Virus record (IMG/VR): IMGVR_UViG_3300044825_000311 | Coordinates: 1-59,558 of that record | DNA from: a virus | Lineage: Duplodnaviria > Caudoviricetes | Length of the DNA: 59,558 bases | Direction: 5' to 3' (one strand) | Shown: in pieces, positions 8,910 to 19,027 of the stretch | How positions within the stretch are numbered: the first letter of the stretch is position 1 | How the letters are laid out: each line of letters begins with the position of its first letter | Translations under genes and position numbers: made by a program | The notes under the pieces: model-generated | What the model saw: the letters and a program-made list of their open reading frames with translations, nothing else | What the model was told of the DNA's origin: nothing | Database searches by the model: none

Positions 8910-11774
8910 CTATGTTATGGCCTGAAGCTGGTTCAAGGTCATGTTATCAACTGCGTCATCCACGTCATCAAGGATACCACGTAGCCTGTCGTGGTTTAGG
9001 TTGACGCCAAGAACGTATATCTGACCGGGCTTGACCGGGCAATCTTTGCCGATTGAGAACTTCTCTGACTTGGGAGTGGCGTTTACCCCGCATATCGTGA
9101 ACGTCTTGACGATCTCATTGTAGTCTCCGTGATTAGTATTGACCCATTGCTTGAAGTGTTTCCTGTCGATCATCATCGTACCGCTGGTGAACGGGGCACT
9201 GGGTGTCTTGCGATATGCGTCGATGCGGACACGAATGCCGTTGCGCGGAATGCGACTGTGATCAACCATGGGTCTGTTCGATCCGACCGTGTGCATAACG
9301 GTCACTGTGTCACCGGCAGCATCGTTAAGATACGCAGCCAGCATATCGAAGGCGTCCATCTTGTTGGACTTGACCGTCTCGCGCAGCGTACCAAGTTCGT
9401 TAAGGATATGACTGGTGCAGAGTTCGTAGTCGTACTGGATAAGGTTTAACTTCTTGGCAAGTTCATTACCAAGATCGGCCATAATGATAGCGTTCTCCCA
9501 GAAGCGTTCCTGCCCGGTGAACTTCGCATTGTACTTCTTGAAGAACCGCACCCGATGATCTTCGATCATTGCGCGGATACCATCTTCGCCAAGTTCAACA
9601 AGATGCTTAAGCAGTACCTCGCCAGCGACACCGTGGTTGTTGGACAGAAAGTCAAAAATCTTTTTGCCCGCCGTGGAGCTATCGCTGAACATAGGTACGG
9701 GATGCATGTTGATTTCCAGAAGGCGGGCAAGCTGCGCGTCTGTATCCATACCGGAGGACATCATCTTGGAGCCAAGTGATCGGTTGGATGAGGTCACGCA
9801 CGGAAGCCCCCACGTCTTGGCGTCCCGCTCTTCGGAGTTCTTGTTGAGCCTAGCCTTGTCCTTGCCCTGCGTAACCCAATAACAGAAGTCACCGACTTCC
9901 TTGTCGGGCATCATGGTGGCTTCATCGATGGTGATGGGTAGGTTGTTATAGAAACCGAAGCGGGAGAACACGGCGTTCTGCGTGTACTTGGCAGCGAAGT
10001 GCAGCTTGTCCGGTACGCCGTAGATCGACTGCATCCACAACTGGGCGATGGACTTGCCGCTACCTGTCGGACCACAGAGGCTGATGACCACGCCGCGAAG
10101 GCCACTGAACTGATACAGCGGGGATGAGAACGCCACACCCAAAGCGAAGCCGTGAACTGGGAGCCTACCTTTCTGAATGAGCGATGTGAACGTAGACCAC
10201 TTCGACACATCACCCTTTACGTCAAACAACTTGTCGCCTAGCTTCTGTGACGTGGCAGCGAGGTTGATGTTCTCAACCACTGCGGACCCACTGTCGTCGC
10301 GCCGGATGATGCGGTCGCCAATGAGGAACGAGGTATTGTCTTCCTTCCACCCCATGGTGGAGTACAGGTTCGTTACCGCTTTGATCTTGCGGAGTTCATC
10401 CATGTATGCGCGTAGCATGTTCTGAAAACTCGCTGTCTGTAATTTGCTTGCGAGGACGATACCTTGGTCTGCGATGGCTGTTGGAAACTCGCGATTGTCC
10501 TGTGCCAGATATGCCTGCCGGAACCTGAGTTCCTTCCACCCAACATGCGGACGGTTCCAGTGGTAGCGCACCACCTCGTAGCCCAGCGTCTCGTCATAGC
10601 CGTACCCAACAGGGTAGATATCGAACTTGCACACGTCGATATCGGTGCCATCGGTAACTTGCTTGATGCCATCCGCCGTGCGCTTGTATGGCTTAGGGAT
10701 AGGGATTTGAAACGCCAGTTGGTCCGGTGCGGATTGTTCGACCGCCACCTCTTCGCGCTGTAAGCCCAGTCTTGCTGGCGATCCGATCCGTTCGTGGAAG
10801 CGACACTTCTTACAAACATCGGGGCGTTCACTGTCGAACTTGGCACAGGTCGTGGGTCCAGTGGCTGCTCTCTTCCAGTGATCCAGCTTGCGGATCGTCT
10901 CGTCTTCGTTAAAGTTAGGGTGGTCCTTAGACCACGCAATGGCTGTGTCCTCTGGGTTGGCGCAGAACGCTGCGATACCCAGCAGCGCGTACCATGTCGG
11001 TTCGCTTACATCCTTCTGGTTGTTGGCCGCCCAGTTAACTTGGGCGCACTTGGATAGGATCACATCAGGGTTGGCCGGGGGATAGTCCTGCTTTACAGCA
11101 AGTTTATCTATCAGTGTAGTTCTGCTGTTTGAAGTAGTCAAACTCTGCACACGAGCCGGGGCACCACCGAATGTACCAAGGCACTGCCGCATTATCTCGA
11201 CGGTTGTTGGCTCTGCGGGTATGACAATCTTAACTTCTTCGCCACCCTTGTGGTTGATCGTACCGATAGGACGAAGCACTCGGGCACTGTCGGCTGGCAC
11301 AGCCGGATCGATCTTGAACCCATGCTTGCGACACGCAGCCTTTAGGTTCTCGGCTACGGGCTTCCACTCAGATGGTTCTAGTTCGCGGTCCACCACCCAA
11401 TAGACATGCCACCCATTACCGGACGAAACGACCATGGGCTTCGGCAGCCCGGTGGCCTTTACGAATTGTCCAAGTGCTACCAGCCCGTCCTTCTTTGTCG
11501 GGTATGACTTCTCCGGTTCCTTATTGATATCAATGTCAAGACAGAACGTCTTTGTCCGAAGTACGTTCTTCTGAAAGCGCCCACCCATTGGGTCAACAAA
11601 CGAAGAGATTGCGTAGTACGCACTAAGCCCAGCGTCACTGGCGGCTGTGGCTCTGTTGGTAAGGTCTTCGATTGTCGGAACAAGACGCTGAACGGGTACA
11701 GTCCCATTGAGATGGAACGATGCGTACCAACCTTCGGACGGCAGGATATGCCGCAAAAATTCCAGCGTGTTCAT
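8910..11774 (-). CDS. DNA primase/helicase with DUF927 and P-loop domain
   Basis: N-terminal CLDID...SSGNGWHVYW...RVLRP primase motifs, CxxC cluster, Walker A GPTGSGKS, ITIDE; RBS GGAGA before ATG 11774. Confidence 0.85.
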   Translation of the reverse strand: MNTLEFLRHILPSEGWYASFHLNGTVPVQRLVPTIEDLTNRATAASDAGLSAYYAISSFVDPMGGRFQKNVLRTKTFCLDIDINKEPEKSYPTKKDGLVALGQFVKATGLPKPMVVSSGNGWHVYWVVDRELEPSEWKPVAENLKAACRKHGFKIDPAVPADSARVLRPIGTINHKGGEEVKIVIPAEPTTVEIMRQCLGTFGGAPARVQSLTTSNSRTTLIDKLAVKQDYPPANPDVILSKCAQVNWAANNQKDVSEPTWYALLGIAAFCANPEDTAIAWSKDHPNFNEDETIRKLDHWKRAATGPTTCAKFDSERPDVCKKCRFHERIGSPARLGLQREEVAVEQSAPDQLAFQIPIPKPYKRTADGIKQVTDGTDIDVCKFDIYPVGYGYDETLGYEVVRYHWNRPHVGWKELRFRQAYLAQDNREFPTAIADQGIVLASKLQTASFQNMLRAYMDELRKIKAVTNLYSTMGWKEDNTSFLIGDRIIRRDDSGSAVVENINLAATSQKLGDKLFDVKGDVSKWSTFTSLIQKGRLPVHGFALGVAFSSPLYQFSGLRGVVISLCGPTGSGKSIAQLWMQSIYGVPDKLHFAAKYTQNAVFSRFGFYNNLPITIDEATMMPDKEVGDFCYWVTQGKDKARLNKNSEERDAKTWGLPCVTSSNRSLGSKMMSSGMDTDAQLARLLEINMHPVPMFSDSSTAGKKIFDFLSNNHGVAGEVLLKHLVELGEDGIRAMIEDHRVRFFKKYNAKFTGQERFWENAIIMADLGNELAKKLNLIQYDYELCTSHILNELGTLRETVKSNKMDAFDMLAAYLNDAAGDTVTVMHTVGSNRPMVDHSRIPRNGIRVRIDAYRKTPSAPFTSGTMMIDRKHFKQWVNTNHGDYNEIVKTFTICGVNATPKSEKFSIGKDCPVKPGQIYVLGVNLNHDRLRGILDDVDDAVDNMTLNQLQAIT

Positions 11775-11799
11775 ATTGTCTCCTACCATATAGAGAAGG

Positions 11800-11819
11800 A
11801 CGGGGGCCGCAGCCCCCGT
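11800..11819. terminator. GC-rich hairpin, possible weak terminator between HTH gene and primase
   Basis: ACGGGGGC-cgca-GCCCCCGT stem-loop; only short T-rich flanks. Confidence 0.4.
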
Positions 11820-11839
11820 GGATTTTCGATGCTACCAGA

Positions 11840-12115
11840 TCAGTTGATCAGAGCAAGCAGCCGCTCACGCCGCACTGCTGGTCCTTTAGGTATAACCTCT
11901 TCAAACCAGAGGCTGTCCTTCGTAAGGTCAAGTAATACCTTGATGACTTTGCGCGCCCTGAGAGCCTGCGCTGAACGCATATTGCCCCCGCGCACCCACA
12001 AGTAATACGTCATCCGCGAAACAGACATGGCCATGGCCATGTCTGTCGTGCTTAACCCAAGACGCTGACGAAGAATTTCTACCTTGGAGAAATCAATCGT
12101 CTTAGGCGTCGTCAT
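11840..12115 (-). CDS. XRE/Cro-family HTH protein
   Basis: LRQRLGLSTTDMAMAMSVSRMTYYLWVRG pattern. Confidence 0.75.
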   Translation of the reverse strand: MTTPKTIDFSKVEILRQRLGLSTTDMAMAMSVSRMTYYLWVRGGNMRSAQALRARKVIKVLLDLTKDSLWFEEVIPKGPAVRRERLLALIN

Positions 12116-13046
12116 TCGGCGCATCCTGCAGCATTGCAGCGATCTCGTCTTCAAGCGAGGTATCGGCCACGGCTACGGGCTTAGGAGCGGCGGGCTTGGG
12201 GGCGGCAGCCTTGGGAGCTTCAGCCTTGGGTGTACCGAAGCCACGCTTGGGAGCGGGAGCTTCTTCCTCCTGCACAGGATCAGCCTTAGCCTTAACAAGC
12301 ATGGGCTTGGGCGCTTCGATCTTCTGCTGGACGGGTGCGCTCTTAACCTTCTCACCAGTGATCTCGGGGATCGACGGGTCTTCAAGGATAGCATCGACCG
12401 CAGCAACTTCTTCCTCAGTCAACCAGCCGCCAAAGCCAAACGTCAGCTTGGGGAAGGACGCCTTGGTATCGAAGCCGACACGGGTGCGCACCAGTTCGGG
12501 AGCGAAGCCACGGTGGGTCAAGTCCTTCTGGTACTGGCTCAAGTCCTTGAGTGCAGCGGGCGTGATCTGCATCAGATAGATGGGACCACCCGGATCGTCG
12601 GCAGACACAACAGCGATACGCTTGCTATCGCTGCAAGCCTTGAGGTCCTGACCCTGCGGCCCCTTCTTGGAACCCCAAGCGTTGTGCGGACAAGTGGCGC
12701 ACAGGTCGTTCTGCGGTTCGACCACGCTGCTATCCGGGTGCATACCGTCGAGCGAGAAGCAATCCGGTGCAGTCGGTTCAGCGTTCGGGTCCCAAGCCTT
12801 TGCGTAGAACGTCTTGGACAGACGCGGATTGGAACCAACGATCACCACGTCGAGGGTCGTTGAGTTGAGGACAGTTTCGGTATCGCCTTCCTTGATACGG
12901 AAGCGGCCACCCTTGATGGAGATACGCGGCCAGCTTTCACCGCTGGTAATACCACCAGCAAGTTTCTCTGCCAGAGCAGAAGGCTTACCGATGCGGTTGG
13001 CGATGTGCGCCGGAACCTTGGTGTCGAGGGATACGATGTTGCTCAT
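12102..13046 (-). CDS. Putative ssDNA-binding/annealing protein with Cys cluster and acidic tail
   Basis: PDCFSLDG...CATCPHN..GS...KAC motif, acidic C-terminus, position in replication module. Confidence 0.55.
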   Translation of the reverse strand: MSNIVSLDTKVPAHIANRIGKPSALAEKLAGGITSGESWPRISIKGGRFRIKEGDTETVLNSTTLDVVIVGSNPRLSKTFYAKAWDPNAEPTAPDCFSLDGMHPDSSVVEPQNDLCATCPHNAWGSKKGPQGQDLKACSDSKRIAVVSADDPGGPIYLMQITPAALKDLSQYQKDLTHRGFAPELVRTRVGFDTKASFPKLTFGFGGWLTEEEVAAVDAILEDPSIPEITGEKVKSAPVQQKIEAPKPMLVKAKADPVQEEEAPAPKRGFGTPKAEAPKAAAPKPAAPKPVAVADTSLEDEIAAMLQDAPNDDA

Positions 13047-13057
13047 GGTTTCTCCTG

Positions 13058-13345
13058 TTATGAGCGGTTGAAAGGAAGTTCTGTTTGTTCGGTGTCGATG
13101 CCCATCTTATCAAGGGCTTCGCTGTTCACGATCTGCCGCGCCACATCCAGCGGCGTTGCGCAGTATATGCTCGTCTGACCATCATCGCGGTACTGATTGT
13201 TCGATTTGTAGACGATGTAGCCGTTACCGATCTTGTAGACTTGGATGAACGGCGCACCACTGGCTATCGGGTGAGGGACAACCTTAGCAGGGCTAACCTC
13301 GTCATGGACGATCTCCCTCACCCAGTTCTTGATCCACTTGATCAT
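13058..13345 (-). CDS. Hypothetical protein ending in a QTELPF motif
   Basis: ATGA coupling to upstream gene; fills the gap in the operon. Confidence 0.7.
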   Translation of the reverse strand: MIKWIKNWVREIVHDEVSPAKVVPHPIASGAPFIQVYKIGNGYIVYKSNNQYRDDGQTSIYCATPLDVARQIVNSEALDKMGIDTEQTELPFNRS

Positions 13346-13743
13346 GCAGCCTCTACCTTCTTCGTCGGCTTGCGCACGTTGACTTCGATGCGTGTACCGT
13401 AGGTCACGCCGCTGGGTACTGCGTTGTGCGCGTCGATATATCCACGCACAGCGGTCTTGCTCACGCGCTTCTCAAACATATCGAACGCATCGTTCTCCTT
13501 CACGAACTGGAGCATGGCGTCCCAGTTCTCCACGCTGGCGTAATCCACCGTGGTCAGGAAGGCCGTGCCGTGGTTGGTCTTGAAGGACGTGACGCCCTGC
13601 TCGTCGGCCTTGGTCTTGATCCACGCTTCCAGCTTGTCGAGCTTGGCTTCGATCTTGCCCATGGCTTCGTCGGCCTGTGCCTTGATGGCACCCTTCTCGT
13701 TGCGCAGCTTAACGTATAGCGCGACTACATCATCTACTGTCAT
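13342..13743 (-). CDS. Conserved phage replication-module coiled-coil protein
   Basis: Coupled ORF with strong codon bias between helicase and SSB-like gene. Confidence 0.75.
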   Translation of the reverse strand: MTVDDVVALYVKLRNEKGAIKAQADEAMGKIEAKLDKLEAWIKTKADEQGVTSFKTNHGTAFLTTVDYASVENWDAMLQFVKENDAFDMFEKRVSKTAVRGYIDAHNAVPSGVTYGTRIEVNVRKPTKKVEAA

Positions 13744-15290
13744 TTCCCTGTATCCTGTTGAATGAGGTCCAGCAACAAACCTTGGAGCTTCTGCTTGTTC
13801 TGTAACCGGGTATACATTTTATATTCTAAGTCGGTGGCTTCGATGTGAACCACGTTGGCAGCGTGCTTCTTACCGATACGTTCAACACGTCCGTTGGCCT
13901 GAACGTATTGCTCGTTGCTTGTGATGGGTCCGTACCACACGATGGTAGACGCAGCCGTCAGTGTAAGACCATGCGCCATGGTAGCAGGGTGCGCGACAAG
14001 CACCTGCGGATGCGGACTGTTCTGGAAGTTCTGGAATATCTCGTTGCGTTTGTTGCTGCTCACCTCTCCATTAACGACACCTACTGTCCAATGCTTCGAT
14101 AGCTCACGCTCAAGCATGTTGAGCGTACCTGTTAGCGGCACGAATACGATGACCTTACCACCAGCTTCTTCGATGATCTCCTTCACCGCATTGATGCGCG
14201 GCGAACAGTCGAGTTCGATATGCTGGCCGTCTTCACCATAGGCTACACCACAAGATATCTGGATCAGCTTCTGCATCTTGATGGCTTCGTTGACCGCAGT
14301 GATCGCACCCTCTTCCGCTTCAGTCGTAAGGTGCTTGACCATCTTCTGGTAATGCTTGCTCTGCTCCGGTGTAAGTTCGACCTCGCGCGTCTGGAACACG
14401 GTGTCTGGAAGATCAAAGCATTCATCGCGCGTGTAGCGGATCGCCGGATGCAGAACATGCTTGACGATCTCGACGCTCTCAGGCCGTGGCACCCATGTGT
14501 ACTGCCGTATCTTGTACATAACTTGTTCACGGAAGGCGGTATATGTTTTGGGAATGAACGGACTATCGACAAGTCGCGCCAGCGCCCAAGCATCAGACGG
14601 TTCGTTAGGTGTGGGCGTGCCAGTCATCAGCCATAGGCGGGTGTCAGGGTTACGCGCCATCCAGTTACGCAGTTCCTTGAAGCGCCTCGTGCCGGGGTTA
14701 CGCAGCACAGCAGCTTCGTCCACGATAATAAGGTCGAACATACCGTGGCATTCATCTGCGATGATCCCAAACCCGTCATGGTTGACGATGTAGAAGTCAA
14801 CGTCCGTCTTGAGCAGCTTGCGCCTACGCTCGGCAGAGCCGTGGAGAACCACCGACTTGCGCCCAACAAAGTTGGAGAACACGGCGTCATCCCACACGCG
14901 CTTGAGTGTAGACAGCGGAGACATGATGAGCGTCTTCCGCACTGCACCCACCGACATGAGGTAGTCCGCAGCCCATAGTGCGCTCACCGTCTTACCCGTG
15001 CCGATGTCGTTAAGCACCAGTGCCTTTTTATGCAGCGTCAGGAACGCAGCCGTTTGCTTCTGGTGTTCATACGGTTTGAACCTACCTTCCCACTCATAGA
15101 AGTGGAGGATGGGTGACGGCACGTCGAACCCAAGAGACTGCAACGTGACGGCTTCTTCTAGCCGCAGCGGAACGACAACCGCTTCGCTACCCTTGATGTT
15201 CACTTGTTTCGCAGAAGGGAGAGCTTCAAGTACCCGGTACGGGTTACTCAGTTTGAGGAGCAACGCCCTCGCATTGGGAAGCACCAGCAT
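13740..15290 (-). CDS. SNF2-like superfamily II helicase
   Basis: DIGTGKT, IIVDEA, MTGTP, HGLTLTAA and QANGRVERIG motifs. Confidence 0.9.
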   Translation of the reverse strand: MLVLPNARALLLKLSNPYRVLEALPSAKQVNIKGSEAVVVPLRLEEAVTLQSLGFDVPSPILHFYEWEGRFKPYEHQKQTAAFLTLHKKALVLNDIGTGKTVSALWAADYLMSVGAVRKTLIMSPLSTLKRVWDDAVFSNFVGRKSVVLHGSAERRRKLLKTDVDFYIVNHDGFGIIADECHGMFDLIIVDEAAVLRNPGTRRFKELRNWMARNPDTRLWLMTGTPTPNEPSDAWALARLVDSPFIPKTYTAFREQVMYKIRQYTWVPRPESVEIVKHVLHPAIRYTRDECFDLPDTVFQTREVELTPEQSKHYQKMVKHLTTEAEEGAITAVNEAIKMQKLIQISCGVAYGEDGQHIELDCSPRINAVKEIIEEAGGKVIVFVPLTGTLNMLERELSKHWTVGVVNGEVSSNKRNEIFQNFQNSPHPQVLVAHPATMAHGLTLTAASTIVWYGPITSNEQYVQANGRVERIGKKHAANVVHIEATDLEYKMYTRLQNKQKLQGLLLDLIQQDTGK

Positions 15291-15570
15291 CGATATAATC
15301 TTTCAACAGTTTCAATGTTTCATCGTCAAACACTAGGAAGCACTTACCACCAGCGGCTTCGATCTGTGCCATGCACTTGCGCTGCAGTGCGGTAGGCTTC
15401 TTGGTCCTGTCGGCTTTGACTTCGATGCCAACGAATTGGCCTCGTACAATCGCCACTCTGTCAGGAATACCAGCACGTCCATAAGGTCCAGCTTGTGGGC
15501 TGTAGAACCAAATCTTGTGCTGATGAAGAAGCCTATCGACCTTTGCTTTGACCTTGCCTTCTGGTGTCAT
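15244..15570 (-). CDS. VRR-NUC domain nuclease
   Basis: PEGKVK...GIPD...FVGIEVKA...PTALQ...GG motifs. Confidence 0.85.
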   Translation of the reverse strand: MTPEGKVKAKVDRLLHQHKIWFYSPQAGPYGRAGIPDRVAIVRGQFVGIEVKADRTKKPTALQRKCMAQIEAAGGKCFLVFDDETLKLLKDYIDAGASQCEGVAPQTE

Positions 15571-15571
15571 C

Positions 15572-15600
15572 AATGTATGTCCGCTTTACAACTATGTCAA
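15572..15600 (-). promoter_or_regulatory. sigma70-like promoter
   Basis: Minus strand TTGACA (15600-15595), 17 bp, TACATT (15577-15572). Confidence 0.55.
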
Positions 15601-15602
15601 GC

Positions 15603-16256
15603 TCACTGAGCGAAGTCGCACAGGTGTCTGGCAGGACAGAACCTGCACAGTCCGCTCGGACGCGCAGGCCAAACCTCTGTTTCCAAAGACTTTTCTATGC
15701 GATTAATCTGTGCAAGGAGTTTCGTCCACAGCTCTGCGGCATCCTGCCGCAGGTATTCCTCACGGTCCATCGCCTTGTCCTTGAGCCAGACAAATCCAAC
15801 GGACACGCGCTCGACTTCGGGATAGTGCGAGAAGATTTGCAATGCGTAGAGTTCAAGCTGGTCGAAGTCAGGCTTGCGCTTGCCCGTCTTCCAGTCGAGG
15901 ACTGCCGCTCTCTTGGTGTCAATAACCAGCACGTCGATCTTGGTACGCAGCCAAGCATCCTTGTCGAACCAGCCCGTGGGTTTAAGCTCTGCGTTTAGCG
16001 TAAGCTCCTGCTCAACCAGCAACTCTCCCTTCATTCCCTTGAGGATAGCAGACACAAGCCCTTCATACTGCGCAGCCTCTTGCGGAAGATCGGTGTTCGT
16101 CTTGAGGCGGTCTTCAAGAAACTTATGGATACGCTCTCCGTAGTGTGTCGCCTCGTTACCCGGATCGGACACGGCCTTTCGCACCCGCTGGTGGTAGTAC
16201 CGCAGCGGGCAGTTCATATACATCTTGATGGATGAGAACGAATGAGTAAGGCTCAC
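15603..16256 (-). CDS. PD-(D/E)XK exonuclease (RecB/Cas4-like fold)
   Basis: SFSSI...CP, G..IH, KID...DWKTGK, QLELYA, C-terminal CRFCP...C. Confidence 0.85.
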   Translation of the reverse strand: MSLTHSFSSIKMYMNCPLRYYHQRVRKAVSDPGNEATHYGERIHKFLEDRLKTNTDLPQEAAQYEGLVSAILKGMKGELLVEQELTLNAELKPTGWFDKDAWLRTKIDVLVIDTKRAAVLDWKTGKRKPDFDQLELYALQIFSHYPEVERVSVGFVWLKDKAMDREEYLRQDAAELWTKLLAQINRIEKSLETEVWPARPSGLCRFCPARHLCDFAQ

Positions 16257-16702
16257 TGATGAAGCTCCAGCAGACGAGACACATGGACGCCCGCTTCGTT
16301 AAACATCTGCATGGCAACCTCGAACTCTTCCATGGGCATAGACGTTGACCCGTTGTCCACGATCACCGTGGTGATGCCCGCTTGGATGAGGGTTCTCGCA
16401 CACCTACTGCATGGCATATGCGTAACGAAAGCAGTGCCATTCTTGAGGGGCATACCGACACGGGCTGCTTGAGCCACCGCGTTCTCTTCTGCATGACTGG
16501 TCCATAGATATTTGGCAGGACGCTCCATGCGCTCAGGTTTATCTTCGACGCCGCGCGGCAGGCCGTTATAACCAGTGGCTACGACAACCTTATCCTCGCT
16601 AACGACGATGCAGCCGACCTGTGTGTTGGGGTCTTTGGATTTGCTGGCGATGAGGTGCGCCATCTCAAGGAAGTGGTTGGTCCAAGACTTGGTCACTATC
16701 AA
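16253..16702 (-). CDS. dCMP deaminase
   Basis: SKDPNTQVG, TGYNG, HAEENA and PCSRC zinc motifs. Confidence 0.9.
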   Translation of the reverse strand: MIVTKSWTNHFLEMAHLIASKSKDPNTQVGCIVVSEDKVVVATGYNGLPRGVEDKPERMERPAKYLWTSHAEENAVAQAARVGMPLKNGTAFVTHMPCSRCARTLIQAGITTVIVDNGSTSMPMEEFEVAMQMFNEAGVHVSRLLELHQ

Positions 16703-16986
16703 TCCTTTGCTTTATCATACGCTTCGATGATGACGGTCCGCACAAAGACGGCGGGGGGAGTACCTTGCAGTTCAGCGTTCTTCATAACCCACGCCAAGAC
16801 GCTATCGGGCAGAGCCGGGGATACGTTGTGGTTCCAAGACAGAACACGTTTAAGCGTGAGCGATACGTTGGACTTAGTACACCCAAGCTGTGCGGCAATT
16901 TCGGTGACAGTCTTCTTCTCCACCTCGTAGAGGCGGACAATTTCATCGCGCAAGGACTGGCGTTTCAAGATGTTGTTTCCTTCCAT
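16699..16986 (-). CDS. HTH DNA-binding protein
   Basis: KTVTEIAAQLGCTKSNVS helix-turn-helix. Confidence 0.7.
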   Translation of the reverse strand: MEGNNILKRQSLRDEIVRLYEVEKKTVTEIAAQLGCTKSNVSLTLKRVLSWNHNVSPALPDSVLAWVMKNAELQGTPPAVFVRTVIIEAYDKAKD

Positions 16987-17147
16987 ACTTCCATGGCCTG
17001 TGCTGCGGACGTGTGAAATCCAGCAAGCGATAATGTATTAGCAGCAGTGAGTATCGCCGCTCTCAGCTTGACCACATCCGCCTCCGATTTGCGTAGGCTT
17101 TGGCTGAGTGTACGGTTGACGATCTCCAAGTCAGGTGGCTCTCTCAC
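16965..17147 (-). CDS. Small hypothetical protein (60 aa)
   Basis: GTG start overlapping the polA stop (GTGA). Confidence 0.55.
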   Translation of the reverse strand: MREPPDLEIVNRTLSQSLRKSEADVVKLRAAILTAANTLSLAGFHTSAAQAMEVWKETTS

Positions 17148-19027
17148 TTCGCATCCCCGTAGTTGTATCCAATATCTGCTTCGCAAGCGACCGGGAGATC
17201 GGGTGCCCACTTCGGCGGCGCGGACATGCACTCCATGATAAACGCCTTGGCTTCTTCAGCCTCGGCCTCATCGACGCAGCACACGACCTCGTCGTGTACT
17301 TGTAAGACAATCTTATACCGCTTCGCAATGTTAACCACCTGCGAAGTCACAACTATGCGGGCCAGTGCTTGGACTATGTTTTCCGTAACCTTGCCGCCGT
17401 AGATGCGCACCCATGGAAGGTCTTCTGCACTCTCGCCCGTCAGCTTGGCGACCGCTGCCTTACGATATGTCCTGCCGTCAGCGATATAACGCAGATTGCC
17501 ATCGCTGCCCTCGTTGAGTAGCGGGTACTGGATCGATAGCCTGTTGGGTAGGATGATCGCGTTGTTCTTATAGGGAAGCAACGACTTCATTGGGATGACT
17601 TCACCATCTCGCCCCAGCAGAAGGTCACGCAGCACGGAACTGCAACGGTGCCAGAACTGGGCGATGCGGTGGTTCTTGGAGCGATAAATCTGTACGATGT
17701 TGCGGGCTTCGTGAGGTTCGATGTTAACCTTGATGCCGCCCTGCCCGATAGCCAGCGCACCACGGAACTTGTCTGGACCCATGCCATAGCCAAGGCCAAG
17801 GATACAGGTCTTACCTACAAACCGTTCTACCTTGTCGGACTTCGTGACCTTGCGACCATAGACCTCACTGGCGAACTCGGAGTAAACGTCACGCCCCTCA
17901 CGAAATGCTTGGAGCAGATCGTTCTGCTCCGACACCCATGCCACCATACGCGCTTCAATCTGTGAGCTATCGCAAGCGATAAGAACTTTACCCTTGGGTG
18001 CGCAGAGGGATTTGCGCAGGGTTCCGCCACGAGGGAGGTTCTGAAGGTTCATCTTGTCGCCACCGCTGAAGCGTCCGGTGTGAGCGCCGTAATAGTTCAG
18101 CATGATGGGCAGCGCACCACGCTGCGACACACCGATAAGGGATTGGGTACGAGACTGTTCGATGGTGGACTTGACGCCCAGCCGTGCAGCCACGGCGGCT
18201 TGGACTTGCGGGTTATGATGGTCAAGCAAGTCAGTGAACGCCTTGTCCGACTTGCTGAAAGCGTATGCTTCCCTGCCTGTGGTCGGGCTTATCTTGGTAG
18301 GCGGATCAATACCAAGGCCAGAGAGAAAGTTTGCGAACTTGTCGTTGCTCATCAGAACAGACTTGGCTTCGTCTTCGGTACAGCCTAGCCCAAGTTCTGC
18401 GACTAGGTCAGACTTCTTATTGATAACCTCATGGAGGTGCTGCTCCAACATCGGGCGATTAAGTTCGATGGTCGGCTCCGTGAACATGCGCATGGTGATA
18501 TCGATCACCCGGAGTTCGTCAGCCGTGAAGCGTCCCTTCATCTTGTTGAATAGCTTATAGGTAAGGTCCACATCGTTCACGCAATAGGATGCGTAGCGTG
18601 CCATCTCGTCTTGGCTGAAGTCACTGCGGCGTTTGCCCAGTGCATGGATCACCTCGTCACCCTTGGCACCAAGTCCGTAGTGCGCGGTCAATGCCTTGAG
18701 GCTACCTCCTACGGATACGTTATGCAGAGGACGCGCCATTGACAGTGTATCCAACCACAGCTTCGGCTTGATCCCAAAGTGCCACGACAGAATGGCACCG
18801 TCGAAGACAGTGTTATGGCAGAGGATCGCCTTGTCCTTATAGGACAGAGACTTAAGGAACCGACCGGGGTTCTCGCCGCTGTACCAGTCAGTCGGATGGT
18901 CGTTCACCTTGACGCCGACACCGATCACCTCGAACCGGGGATCGCGCACATATGCTTCGGTTGTCATCTTGGACAGGGAATACTCCCTGTCGTAGTATGT
19001 TTCAAAGTCAATGGTTACGATATCCAT
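17144..19027 (-). CDS. polA: Family A DNA polymerase with 3'-5' exonuclease
   Basis: Exo I DFET; HTGRFSG; motif A DSSQIEAR; motif B RFVGKTCILGLGYG; motif C VHDE. Confidence 0.93.
   Translation of the reverse strand: MDIVTIDFETYYDREYSLSKMTTEAYVRDPRFEVIGVGVKVNDHPTDWYSGENPGRFLKSLSYKDKAILCHNTVFDGAILSWHFGIKPKLWLDTLSMARPLHNVSVGGSLKALTAHYGLGAKGDEVIHALGKRRSDFSQDEMARYASYCVNDVDLTYKLFNKMKGRFTADELRVIDITMRMFTEPTIELNRPMLEQHLHEVINKKSDLVAELGLGCTEDEAKSVLMSNDKFANFLSGLGIDPPTKISPTTGREAYAFSKSDKAFTDLLDHHNPQVQAAVAARLGVKSTIEQSRTQSLIGVSQRGALPIMLNYYGAHTGRFSGGDKMNLQNLPRGGTLRKSLCAPKGKVLIACDSSQIEARMVAWVSEQNDLLQAFREGRDVYSEFASEVYGRKVTKSDKVERFVGKTCILGLGYGMGPDKFRGALAIGQGGIKVNIEPHEARNIVQIYRSKNHRIAQFWHRCSSVLRDLLLGRDGEVIPMKSLLPYKNNAIILPNRLSIQYPLLNEGSDGNLRYIADGRTYRKAAVAKLTGESAEDLPWVRIYGGKVTENIVQALARIVVTSQVVNIAKRYKIVLQVHDEVVCCVDEAEAEEAKAFIMECMSAPPKWAPDLPVACEADIGYNYGDAK

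Noticed and set aside
15603-16256. Cas4 / CRISPR adaptation gene
   Set aside because: Stand-alone PD-(D/E)XK nucleases are routine in phage replication modules; no array or cas1/cas2 present
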